From Neocallimastix sp. 'constans' (Eukaryota), in NCBI GenBank assembly GCA_050613775.1, contig JBODTK010000150.1, positions 372,001 through 415,184 on the forward strand: DNA of 43,184 bases, written 5' to 3'. Below are positions 22,673 through 35,285 of the stretch, piece by piece (positions within the stretch are counted from its first letter, which is position 1; the number at the start of each line of letters is the position of its first letter). The notes beneath the pieces are model-generated. The model ran no database searches, had not been told where the DNA came from, and was given only the letters and a program-made list of their open reading frames with translations. The translations under genes and the position numbers were made by a program.

Positions 22673-25600
22673 ATGGGAGAAGGGAAACTCCCATAAATCA
22701 AACCCGAAGTCAGAACTCTAGTCCTGAAGTCAATACGCAAGTCATCGCTGTAGCTACTCGGAAAAGCAACTTCTCATCCATAAGAATGAAGAAACTGTAT
22801 AACAAAAAGGGGAATATAAAGTCTCTCATAGATAACCCGTTCGGATAAATGTACCAAATAACAACCGAAACAATAGAAGTGTGACACAAGAAGATACTGA
22901 AATGAAAGAAGTTGAAGAAATTACAATCAATAATCACAAGGAAGTCGAAGAAACTGATCCCTCTGTTATAATCCAACCATCCATCACGAATAATACTGAG
23001 AAGCTAGAAGAAATCGATGTTTCAGTAATAGCCAATCCATCCATCAACAAAACTAAACGACTAGCTACCAAGGAAAGAGAAGAAAAAATTATACAGGATG
23101 CAGAAACAAACAATAAAAAAGGTAAACAGCGACATAAAGAAACAAAAACAGATGATGAAGTTCAAGAACTACCCAGCACCCGATTACGCAAGTAGAAAGA
23201 AGATACTCCCACTATGCTGGCTTCTCCTAAGAAGATTACATTACTCCATGGAAAGAAGAGCTATGACATATCAGACGATCTAATTAAATTAACTGCAAAT
23301 ATCTCTATTGCACAACTCTTAGATATAAGCCCAAGGCTGAGATCCGAGCTTACTAAAGCTTTAAAATTAAAAAGCCCTGAACTAGTTGAAGAAAACCCAG
23401 AAAAAGTTATGATGTCCGCGTTGACGAGGGATGATGTAGCTACTGCAGAATGTATTGTTGATAATGTTAAAGGAATCGCCTTTTTGGATACTTGCGCTAG
23501 TATAAACATCATCACTAGATCTTTCCTCAACAAATTAAAGAATGTTACTCCATCAGGCTTCTCCGATGATAATATTATATAAATATTCTCTAGCAAAAAT
23601 ATAATAATGGAAACGTGTAATCTGAGAGTCCAATTTGGTAACGTTCTCATTCAAGACAACTTCCGTATTATCGATCATGACATTCAAATCTTCGATATCT
23701 TAATAGGTTATCGTACCCTCAAAGATAACAATCTATTTATTAATCCTATTGACAATTTTTTGTGTCGAATGAATGAAGACGAAGAATGGTATAGAATCAC
23801 ACCACTACACAAATACAATTCTAACGACACTAATAAAAATAATACTTCTAAAGAAAACTCATCTAACAGTGATTCTCTCTTGTTCTGTTTAATTACGAAA
23901 TGTGATGATAACAATAATAAAGAAAAAATAAATCAAATGAATTCTGGAACTGATCCCACTATCAATGACGAAAAATCAAATATTATTCAAAAAATTATTA
24001 AAGAATCTCCAAAGGATAGCCGCCTTAAAGTTATCAAGCTATTTCGGAACTTTAAAGCTATTCTCGCTACTAGAATTGAAGAACTTGGTCCAACTAAGCT
24101 CCTTCCCCATAATATCACACTGGTGGAGAATGCCAAACCAATTAAACAGAAGTGTTATCGCCTATCGAAGGTCCAAGCGAAGGCTCTTAAAGAAGAAATT
24201 ACTAAACTCTTGAAGAATAAACTAATTGTTCCTTCCAACTCGCCTTGGTCCTTTCCCGTGATACTTGTTTTAAAGAAGAACAAAAAGTGGAGACTCTGTA
24301 TCGATTATAGGAAGCTCAATAATGTTACCATCAAAGATGCATATGCTCTACCTGTAATCGATGAAATATTATTTTCTATTGGAAACTCAGTTAAATACTT
24401 TACAATAATCGATTTATTCTCTGGCTTTCATCAAATCCCAATGAATGAAACCGACATCCCCAAAACCAGTTTCACTACCATGTACGGGAACTACCAATTT
24501 TTGGTCATGTCCTTTGGACTATGTAATGCCCCAGCTACATTCCAAAGGGAGATGAATAGAATCTTTTTTCCATTAATAGGTGTTTGTATGTTTGTGTACA
24601 TTGACGATCTTGTTATATTCTTTAAGTCTTTTGATGAACACATAAATGATATTATTAAGGTCTTCACAATTATTCGTGATAATGACTTAAAGATTAATTT
24701 CAATAAATGTCACTTCTTCAAACAAAAGGTCGAATTATTAGGGCATACTATCTCTACTCAAGGCATCTCTCCAATTGACGCGAAGGTTGAAGTCATCTCT
24801 AACTGGTTAGCCCCCAAGAATGTAAAACAATTACAATCCTTTCTTGGTGCCATTGGCTATTATCGTAAATTCATCCACAACTACTCATCCATCGCCAAGC
24901 CACTATACAAACTGCTTAAAAAAGGTATCTCTTTCGAATGGACGTCTGCACAAGAAGAAAGCTTCCAATCCCTTAAGGATAAACTCCTCTCTGCGCCAAT
25001 TCTCCAAATACCCGACTTCGATAAACCATTTTTGATTCGAACAGATGCTTCTTATGCTGGTATTGGAGGGGTACTTCTTCAAAAAGATGACAACAATGTC
25101 GAAAAGCCAATACATTACGTAAGTCGTTCTCTTAAGCCGGAGGAGGTTAATTATGGTATCACTGACCTCGAAGGCACCGCAGCTACATATTGCGTGAATA
25201 AATTCAAATCCTATAATTCTGGTAGTAAATTCAATACAGTATTATACACAGACCACAAACCTTTGGTTGGTCTTTTTAAAAACAAAGAACCCAACAACGC
25301 ACGACAAACACGTTGGATTATACTTCTCTCAATGCTGAACGTCAAGGTAATGTATGAACCAGGAAAGAAAAACGTAGTAGCAGATGCTCTTTCTCGTATG
25401 GAAACCGTAAACTACAAACCAATCGCCGCTTTAGTTACAAATCCTTCAACAATTAACATCACCGAAGACAATAGTTTACTCGGTAAATTTAAAGAAAACT
25501 TTATTACAATAGAAAATGAGAACTACTATATGGATAAAGAATCTCAAAACTTAAGGAAGATAATTGAAAATAATAATGACAAATAGATCTAGTATTAAAG

Positions 25601-26643
25601 GCTCACAGAGTAGATCATGAGGGCGTATTCAAGACGTACAATAGACTAAAACGTGACTATTACTGGACTAACATGATTTTGGATGTCAAATATATAGTAT
25701 CAACTTGCCATAGATGCCAGATCTTTAGACCACAGAGGACAAACAACCAAACCGAAGATATCCCAACAAAACCCGGACTCCCTTTCACGAAGGTTGGATT
25801 AGATATAGTCGGACCATTACCAAGGTCAACAAAAGGAAATTTATATATCATAGTCTTAGTTGATTACCTCACGAAGTGGGTTGAAGCTGAGGCTACTGAT
25901 AAAATTGAATCTGACAATGTTATATCCTTTCTTCCTAAGGTCTTTGCTCGTCATGAAATCCCAGAAGTACTTGTGACAGACAACGGTCCGCAGTTCCGTT
26001 CAGATAAAACAAAGTCTTTTCTTGATTTATACGGAGTATATGTTCACTTTACCAGTACCTATCACCCGGAATCCAATGGAGAAGTCGAAAATAGAAATAA
26101 AGAGATAGGTAAATATTTAAGATTACTATGTAATAATAACCAAGAAATATGAGATGATATGTTACTAAGTGCACTTTGGGCTTTACGCACTTGCAAAAAC
26201 GAAACAACAAAGTTTTCCAGCTTCGAATTGCTTTACGGTAGACGCAACTTACAACCATTCGAGCTAATGGTTAACTTAGATAAGAAAGAAGATTACGAAA
26301 GCAAAGACGAATTCCTCATTAGACGATTTACAAAACATTATAAATGGATCAACGAAGCCGTTAAGAATATCGAAACCGCGAATAAACTTTGGGAAGACCG
26401 CCGTAAACAAATGAAGAGATTAGGGCAAATTACAATCCAGGTGACTTTTTAATGATAAAACTCATCAATAGTTGAAAATTAGACCCATTTTTTGTTGGAC
26501 CCATGAAGATCATTAAAAAACAATTCAATACTGTTACTCTTTGCGACCCAATCACAAACCAAATTGCTGATCGCAGCGTTCATTTAAAAAACATAGTTCC
26601 ATACCGACTTTGCGAAATAGAGACTTCAAGGGAAGAAGCCTGA
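22666..26643 (+). pseudogene. pol: Pol (element 3) with several stops and frameshifts
   Basis: FLDTCAS, YIDD, TDAS, ADALSR, LDIVGP, TDNG, HPESNGEVE. Confidence 0.93.
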
Positions 26644-27204
26644 ACTTAGGAAACGGATTATGTTACGAAACAATACTATATATTAATAATTTTTAAAGTC
26701 AGAAAAATATTATTTTATATTTTATATTTTTATTATTAAATTTATTATTTTATATTTTATATTTTTATTATTAAATTTATTATTTTATATTTTATATTTT
26801 TATTATTAAATTTATTATTTTATATTTTATATTTTTATTATTAAACTTATTATTTTATATTTTATATTTTTATTATTAAATTTAATATATATTTATATAT
26901 ATATAATTATGTTATATTAAAAATAATATTAAAAATGATTAATTAGAAAAATAATTTTAACCAATTAAATTTATATATTGAACTATAAAAAGACAAATGT
27001 TAAAGAAATAATTTTAAAAACTCTCTCTTAAAAATTTTAGAAGAAATAAAACAATAAAAATAACAGTAAGTCTTAAGAAGTGTTGGTTTTGATTTTGTTT
27101 GTGTTATTTGTTGTTCTTGGTTTATTTTTAGGAGTTATAAATATTAATTGTTATGAATATACAGGTAAAAATTATTAATTAATATTTTAAAATCCTGTAA
27201 CAGT

Positions 27205-28155
27205 TGATAAATAATGAAATTTTAAAATTAAAATAAATAATAAATAATAAATTCTTATTTAACTTAACCCAAAATTAATTCTTTTAGAAATCCCAAAATC
27301 AAATTAAGAATATTAATTAAAAGAAATAAATGAAAATAATATAATAATAATTAAATTAATCATTAACAATTTTAATTAAAAACTAAAATAAATTAATAAT
27401 TAATATTCTTATAAAATTATAAACAAACAAAATAATAAACAAATTTAATAAATTGTAAATACTAAATAAACAAATTTATAAACATTTCAATATTAAAATT
27501 AAATAGTTGAATAATCTTTAAATTACCTTTTATTTAAAATAATTAATATTTTATTTATTTTATAACTCAACTTTTATAAACAAATTATAATTAAAACTTG
27601 TTTATTTTAACACTTTAGTGAAAAATAATTATAATATATAATATACTAAATCATAGATTAAAATTAATTAGACAGCCAATAATATTCAAGATAGAATTAA
27701 TTAATAAATTTAAAAGAAGAGAATGAAATAAAAGTTAAAAGAGAGAGTTTTTCTTGTTGTTTTAGAAATTCTAATTGAGAAAAAAATAATAGTTTTAGAG
27801 AACTTATAGTTTAGTTTAAATAATTAAGTAATTACTTATAGTTAAAGGATAAGAGTTGAATCCTATAATTATAAGTAAAATTATTATTAAGATATTAATA
27901 TAAATTGAATTATTAGAGATAGTTAATAATTATTATATTAAGAGGAATATAAAATATAATTGTAATAATTTATGTAAAATTAAATAAATAAATAAAAACA
28001 AGATTTAAAAAGAAATAAATAAATTTTATTATTTGTGTAAATTATTATTTATTATCTTTGAGTTGGAATATATTATTTTATAAATTCCCTATTTGCTCGA
28101 CCTCGTTATAATTAAATAAATAAAAATTTGATACTTTATTACTTATATTGTATCA
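27205..28155. mobile_element. Solo LTR block L, probably two LTRs (27205-27653 H-like; ~27659-28155 C/E-like)
   Basis: TGATA...TATCA outer termini; start resembles H and end resembles E; candidate junction aaatca|tagat|. Confidence 0.65.
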
Positions 28156-28743
28156 GTATTGGAACGTTACGTTCAGAAAAATATGAATTTCTTAATTTAA
28201 GAAAATAACCTAATCAAAAAAAAAAATTTAAATTATTTAAATTTATATTTTATTAGTTTATATGAATAAGTAATTAAATAATGATAGTTATTTAACAAAC
28301 AATTAAATTAAAGTATATTTTTAATTAAAAATTAGTATTTTTATTTATGTAAATAATAAACTAAATAGTTAAATAATTCTAAATTACTAACATTTCTATA
28401 TAATGTATTTAAAATAAATATTTTTAATTATTTTTTTAATATGTATTTAAAATAAATATTGTTTATTATTTTTAAGGTATATATAGTTAAAATATATTAA
28501 TTCAATTTATATTAACAATTAAATTGTATAAAAATTATAAAAAAAAAAAAATTGGAAAATAATCAAATAGTATAAAAATATTAAATTAAATTTTAAAAAC
28601 ATATATAAATAGGAAAATTCACAAGAATAAATTTTAGGAAAAAACTAATAATATTAATAAAAATAAAATAAAATTATTATCTATAAAAAATATATATATA
28701 TATAAAATTTTACATTTAATAGAGCAACTCGTCCCAAATTTTA

Positions 28744-28761
28744 TGGTGGAGAATCCGGGCG
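28744..28761 (+). promoter_or_regulatory. Primer-binding site (tRNA-Ala-like)
   Basis: TGGTGGAGAATCCGGGCG, complementary to ...UCUCCA-CCA. Confidence 0.75.
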
Positions 28762-28840
28762 TATGCTCTATGAAACATTATAAATCATTATACAAAAAAA
28801 TATATATATATATAACTTGTTATAAAATATTTATATAAAA

Positions 28841-28871
<31 letters not shown>

Positions 28872-28893
28872 AACATAAACTTAATAATACACT

Positions 28894-29468
28894 ATGTTGG
28901 ATGCTGCTAAAATCAAAAGAGAATTCCCACGCTTAGAAGATTATGGGAAAAATGTTCTCGAATGGGTGGATGATCTTAAGGAATACCTTCTTCTTTATGA
29001 TATTACAGAACCAAAGAAGGTATTCATTTGGGTACTTGCTGCTATAGAAGATGATGTTAAAGACGCCGTTAAAGCATTAGCTATTCGGAGAAATGGAGAA
29101 GAACGTTATCTCAAGTTCAGCGAATTCAGAAAGCGGTAGAAAGCTATCTAGAAATAACAGAGGGTGATAAATGGGCCATTTTACGAAACTTAATGATTGC
29201 AGAAGGTGAGTCATTAAAACAGTTTAACCACCATTACAAAAAATTATATCACAATCTTAATCGGTACTACCAGAAGTTAATTACCGTTAAAGAATACAAG
29301 GATTCTATTAGTTCTAGGGTTTTTCCGTGTTCTCAAGTATCTATTGCCAAGGTAGATACTTTAAAAGAAGCATATGAAATTGCTGAACTGGCGGAAACTA
29401 CCGAAAAAGAAATTCAAGAAAGAAATGAGGAATTACAACTAAAGAAAGATAATTTTAAAAAAGGATAA
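28894..29468 (+). pseudogene. gag: Gag fragment, frameshifted
   Basis: ORFs 28894-29139 and 29193-29468 resemble 21749-22672. Confidence 0.8.
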
Positions 29469-29580
29469 TGTTATTCAAATTATAAAAAAACAAAAGAGAA
29501 AATATTAGTAAGTAAAATTTCTATGAAAATAATATAAATATTCTTAATTCAGGAAGAGAGCAATTCAATAATTGGAAAGA

Positions 29581-29790
29581 AAATATTACAAAAAACATAT
29601 TTTTTAAACCAAATTTATCCAAATATTCCTTCTTTTACTTTTATGTTATTATTATAATTAATTTTATAATAAACTCAACAAAGGTATAATTTTATTTTAT
29701 TTTTATTTTATTTTCCTCAACTTAATGAATTAGTCGTTAAGTTGAAGTTAATAATCATATTAAGTAATAGCACTTAGTATGATTATTACA
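29581..29790 (+). mobile_element. 3' fragment of a family-D LTR
   Basis: Matches 7320-7521, including tcaacttaatgaattagtcgttaagttg. Confidence 0.8.
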
Positions 29791-29793
29791 TAT

Positions 29794-30582
29794 TAATACA
29801 GAATGAACAAATAATACTAATTGCGCTAGAATAATATAAATTATTCTAACCTTATAGATTATTCTATTCTATATAATTGGAACTTTCCAATATTCTTCAA
29901 ATATTACTAAATAGAAATCTTAAGTTAATAAATCACCAATTAACCTATAATTCCTTTTTGAATTATCGATCCGATTCCATTATAATGTATTAAAAATCTT
30001 TAGCCAAGAATATTGTCCTTGCCCACTTAATATATTAATATTATATTTCTTTTGTAATATGTTATATTGAAAATAATCAAATCTATTTAATTAGTTATTA
30101 AAATTTTCATTATCAATTTAAATTTATTTTTAATTACTAAAATTAACTAAACCACAATAAAATATTCTGTATAATCTCTTTATTTTTATTTTATATATAT
30201 TAATATTAAACTATTATTAAATAATTAATAATTCAATAATATATAACTACTATTTATAACAATAATATTATTAACTAAAATAATAATTCAATTTCAATTT
30301 AAATATTTTATTTATAAAAATAATTAGTAATTAGTTTATTAAAAAAATAGTTAGGCTTTACAAATTTTAATTTGATAAAAAAATATAAATATATGTAATT
30401 TTTTGTGAAATAAAATATAATCAATAACTTACTTTTATTAAATAAATAATTATATTATTATTATTTTTCTTTTATAAAATTTAAATAAATAAATATTGAT
30501 TTTAAAACAAAATTATTTTATTGTAATTTTATTATTTGTGTTAATTATTATTATATTTCCCAAAACTATATGAATCATACCA
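29794..30582 (+). mobile_element. Solo LTR A2
   Basis: Near-identical to 4351-5135. Confidence 0.9.
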
Positions 30583-30586
30583 GTAT

Positions 30587-32040
30587 TGATAAAGAATGCC
30601 CAAATAATATTCTTTTGGTTATGCATCTTAAATGATTCATTTAACCCTTAAACAAATTATTTGATTCTTTATTCTTTTGGAACTTTCTATATTCTAATAA
30701 ATTAATCTATATTCCTAATTAGTACAAATTAAATTATACTATTTAAAAAAGTATATTTAATATTAATTCCTTATCTATGCTACCTTTATTATTCTTATCT
30801 ATATTTTATTATTACTAAAAACCTTATCAATTGTCAAAAATTAAAGAAAAATTAATATTTGTTTAAATTTTTCTTAAAACTTATTTTTTAGTAATGAAAT
30901 TTAGGGAATTAAAAAAAATTAATTTTATTTATTTTTTTATTAAAATAAATAGTTATCGTAAATAATTAAATATAACTACGATTTTATAAATCGGGAAAAA
31001 TAAAAATGATTATAAGTTTTTTTTTTCGTTTTCTTCTTTTTATACTAACAATTTCACTAAAATTAGAAGTTATTAAAATTAAAATTAAATTTAAAAGTTT
31101 ATTGCATATAGTAGATTATTATTTTTTAATTCTGCTAAATGATTTTTTAATTTGTTTATTCAACTATTCATTAACTAAACTAAAATTTATTAATTACTAT
31201 TGATTCACTTATATAATTAAATATTAAGTTAAAACTATTAATTTTTTCATTAAATTTTATAAATTTAATTAATCCAATAACGGATTAATTCATTCACAGT
31301 ATAAGTATCGTCAGTTCTTGACATCAATATTATATAGTTTATTTTATCAATTTTCTTTATAGTTTATCAAAATCTTATCAATATTTCTTTTATTAATATT
31401 AAACTTATCAATATTAATTATTTCTTTGGAAAATTCCAAATTAAAAAAATTGTATTAATGATTACTAATAAAAAATTAAACATAAAAGAAAATAGTTATA
31501 TTATTATTATATGTTTTATTATAAATATTATATTATAAATTTGATGAAATGATTATAAATTTTATATTAACAATTTAAATAATATTATTTTTCTAAACTT
31601 AGTAAAATTAAACTTTAGGATTAAATAAATATTACTAAACCACAGAATTAACTTCTGTAAAATAAAAAAATTTGTCTTTTAAAATATATAATTAGGTAGA
31701 TTAGTAATAAATAATTAGTAATAGATTAATATATAAGTATTATTTATTATAAGTTAAATAATAATTATATTAATAATTAAAAAATAATATAAAATATTTA
31801 ATAATAATTAATTTTTATTATACAAAGAAATGGCTTTACCATTTCTATTATTTTAAGAAAAAAAATATAAATAACAGTAAAAAAAAAAATTGTATTTTTT
31901 TATATGTTGTAATTTTAACATTGTAATTTTTAAATAAAAAAAAATTAATAAAAGGATTATAAAAAATAAAATTTTAAAAAGTTATCTTGTTTATTTATTT
32001 ATTTTTTTTTTTGTTTATATTAATCTTTTATTTTTATTTA
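30587..32040 (+). mobile_element. LTR G2, with a nested insert and truncated at the Copia junction
   Basis: Near-identical to 8752-~9710. Confidence 0.88.
30832..31323. mobile_element. Nested solo LTR
   Basis: TGTCAA...TTGACA termini; 5-bp TSD tcaat; absent from the G copy at ~8995. Confidence 0.88.
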
Positions 32041-33713
32041 TTGTGTGGATTGCGTTTCATTTTCGCGATTCTGCAATCGTCACACTTATCTAAGTTAATT
32101 TCATGATGGTTTAGGAAGTTTTTCAAATCTTCTTGGTAGAAATGGCCAAGCCGTCGATGCCAAATTAGTTTTTAGGCATTACGAAAATTTTGAATTGCCA
32201 TAATATAATTCTTATTGTTTCTTTCGTTTTCAATATTGAAATGAGTAACTACGATTTTAACTTCATTGTTATTATTAGCTTGGAATGTGACAATATTATT
32301 ATAATTGTTATCTAAAATTTTAAGGATAATATTATTGTGTTTATCCTTTTCTGTCAAGGTTTTAACATCTTGTTTTGCCCATTCTATTCTACTAATAATA
32401 TTTTTAGCCACTTCTTTTGAATATAATACTTTGTTAAATTTAAAATGATGATTATTAATAGTAAATTCAAATTTACCATAACCTTCAAAATAGCAATAAG
32501 TATTATTTGCACATCTTAACTTTATTTTCTCTTTTTTAAAATTTTTAAGCAGACTTAGATCATTAGTTACATGTTCACCAGCACCTGAATCATATAACCA
32601 TTCTGATGTTTCTGTTTTATTGTAATTAATATTAAAAATTTCATTTGTATTATTTGTATTTATTTCATTTTTATTAATATTATTTATAAAAATTTCTTTA
32701 GCTAAATTTAATTTATTTTCTACTCGTGTTGTTATATTGTTTTTAATTAGAACTTCATTTTTAACGTCTTCTTTATCATAATTTATGAAACAATTTGATT
32801 TTTCAGATTCTTGATATTCATCTGAATCATCATCATCCACATATTTTCCTTTGCCTTTAGGATCATAATATTTATAAAACATTGGACGGATATCATCATA
32901 CGATACATTTTCGTTGTATTCATTAATTAAATTAATGTATCAAACAGCTCTTCCATTTTGCCCATTATAATGTGGATGATAATTGTTTCTGTATTTTTGT
33001 TCATCTTGAATGTAGTACTTGTTATATAATCCTTTTGGATTTCTTGGATTATATCTACATTCTTTGGTAGAATGGCCTCCTTTTTCACATATTTCACAGA
33101 ATTTATTATTATTGTTATATTTATTACTATTAAATATATCTTTATTGTTTTGTTTACTTGGATTTCCTTTTTTGGGAAAATTTTTATTATTGTTCTTGTT
33201 TTTTAAATTTTTCCTATCCTTGTGTCCAAGTTTCTCAGCATAATCTATATCCATCGGATCATCAGAATCATTTCCATTTTGGGTAACATCGTCGACATAA
33301 ATCCAGGTATTTATGTCGTTTACGATGGTGGTAAATGGAATATCTTCCTCTTTCTTCGCTTTTACCTCTCTTAATTTATTCATCCATTGAGTCATATCGT
33401 TTTCGTTGAGTTTGTACTCCCCTTCTAAATATTCGATTATTTCAAGAGGGGTAGTCATTCCGATTATGTCCTCATGAATTTTGGTACATATGGTATTTTT
33501 TATGATGTAGCGGACTTTTGTATTATTCCTTTTTGCATTTTCTATATCGTCCGCATTACTATTTGTGGCCTTTTCTTTTTCTTTTACTACATCCTTTATT
33601 AGATATTCCTCTAAGCCATCCTTTTCGAGGACATCTTTTAAATTATTATACCATATGTTATAATTTTTGCCATTCAATATGGCTTCCTTTTTGAAAAATA
33701 AGGATTCGTTCAT
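32041..33713 (-). pseudogene. Copia gag-PR-IN N-terminus
   Basis: ORFs 32940-33713 and 32172-32882; cut off in the integrase zinc finger. Confidence 0.85.
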
Positions 33714-34242
33714 AAATATTTTTATTATTTTTTTTTTAATTTAAAATTAGTATTATAATGATTTTGTGTTTTATTAAAAACAATTTTGTGTTATATTAAA
33801 CAATTTTATTTATATTTTATTTAATTATTATTTTATTTTATTAAAGATATTTTATATTATTTTATCTTTGTTTTATGAGAATGTTAAGAGTACAAATGAG
33901 ACTCTTAATCTATTAAAGAAATTTATTTAGTTATTAATTATTCATACATTTATTTATTTATTATAAAATATTTTATTGACGAAAGTCACGAATTTTCGTC
34001 TAAAGAATAAACAAATATTTTTATATAAACTATATAATTATTTCACGTGAATAAACAAGAATAAAGAGATTATTTACATGCGCATGATAAATCTAATGAT
34101 TTACATTTAATTATGTATTAATAATGTTAATTTACATTTTAAGTTTAGTTTTTACATAAATATTTATGATTTATACTTTCTATTATTTAATTATAAACCT
34201 AAATTGTTGTTAAGTTTATTTATATTATTTAATACTTTAACA
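32041..34242 (-). mobile_element. Truncated Ty1/Copia element (5' LTR ~33882-34242)
   Basis: Gag with CEICEKGGHSTKEC; protease WLYDSGAGEHVT; GAG-pre-integrase WHRRLGHF at ~32140-32165; TGTTAA...TTAACA LTR candidate. Confidence 0.88.
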
Positions 34243-34479
34243 ATTATTATTATTTTTACTGTTATTATGATTATCATATAAATGTAAAAATATACTTTTT
34301 TTTTTTTTTTATAATTTTATAATTTTATATTACATAAATCCAAAAAATTTTATTTTATTTTTGAAAACAAGAAAAAAATTTATTTTAAAAGTTTACATTT
34401 TAATTTTAAAGTTTTTAAAATAATTATTTTAAAAAAAATTTTTAAATTATTTATTTTTCTTCCTTAAACTGTAAACTTC

Positions 34480-34510
<31 letters not shown>

Positions 34511-34687
34511 GTTTTGTTTTAAAAAATATATTATAAAAAAAAAATAATAATAATAAATAAATATTTAAATATAAAATAATATATAAAATCAATATTAAAA
34601 ATATAGATTACTTTTTTTTTAAAAAAAATAATTCTAACCAATAATTAATACCAAATTAAACTATTTTATTTATTTATTATTATTATA

Positions 34688-34690
<3 letters not shown>

Positions 34691-34752
<62 letters not shown>
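34691..34752. repeat. (TTA)n microsatellite
   Basis: About 20 tandem copies. Confidence 0.9.
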
Positions 34753-34753
<1 letters not shown>

Positions 34754-35285
34754 AAGACAATAAATTTAAATTATATCAATAAATAATTGTAACAATTATT
34801 AATAATAATAAAAATAAAATAATGATTAAATACCACTATAATATAAATATAAATATATATTTATAAAACAAATATATTATTAATAATAATTTAATAATAA
34901 TTTTCAAATTAATGATAAAAAGTTTACTTAATATTAAAAAAGTAATTTATTTTAGTAATCTTTTTTTTTTTTATTAAATTATTATTATTTTATATATATG
35001 TATATATATAAATAATTTCTGATTAAATTTTAAATTTTATTAATATATTATTATATACTAATTAAATACTAAATGTTTGTTAAATATTTTTTATTTTATG
35101 CTAAAAATATAAAACATAATTAAATTTATGGATACATATGATAACTAAGCGATTAAACTTTAGTTTAATAGCATTAAAAATTAAATATATTTATTATTAG
35201 TAGTAGTAGTATAAATATAATATTTTATATTTATTTTATTTGAATTTTTTAAAAAAGAAAAAAAAAATTTTTTTAATTAAAAAAA

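Larger units (their letters stand above)
20288..27202 (+). mobile_element. Ty3/Gypsy element 3, both LTRs present
   Basis: LTRs 20288-21348 and 26661-27202 (TGTTAC...GTAACA), PBS, gag-pol; TSD gttg by reconstruction. Confidence 0.95.
28160..29580 (+). mobile_element. Truncated Gypsy element M: 5' LTR 28160-28736, PBS, gag fragment
   Basis: TGGAACG...CGTCCCA termini; gag similar to element 3 gag (FNxxYKKLY, SQV..AELAE). Confidence 0.85.

Noticed and set aside
1..26643. Stops and frameshifts in pol as programmed recoding
   Set aside because: Their positions differ between elements; better explained by decay or sequencing error, except at the gag-pol junction.
5136..30586. True CRISPR array
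   Set aside because: No long direct repeats and no cas genes; the analogy is only to polarised acquisition.
6083..31203. Short antisense or AT-rich ORFs (e.g. 6083-6268, 14671-15222, 21425-21619, 31006-31203)
   Set aside because: I/F/L/Y-biased shadows of real ORFs or of low-complexity DNA, with no recognisable motifs.
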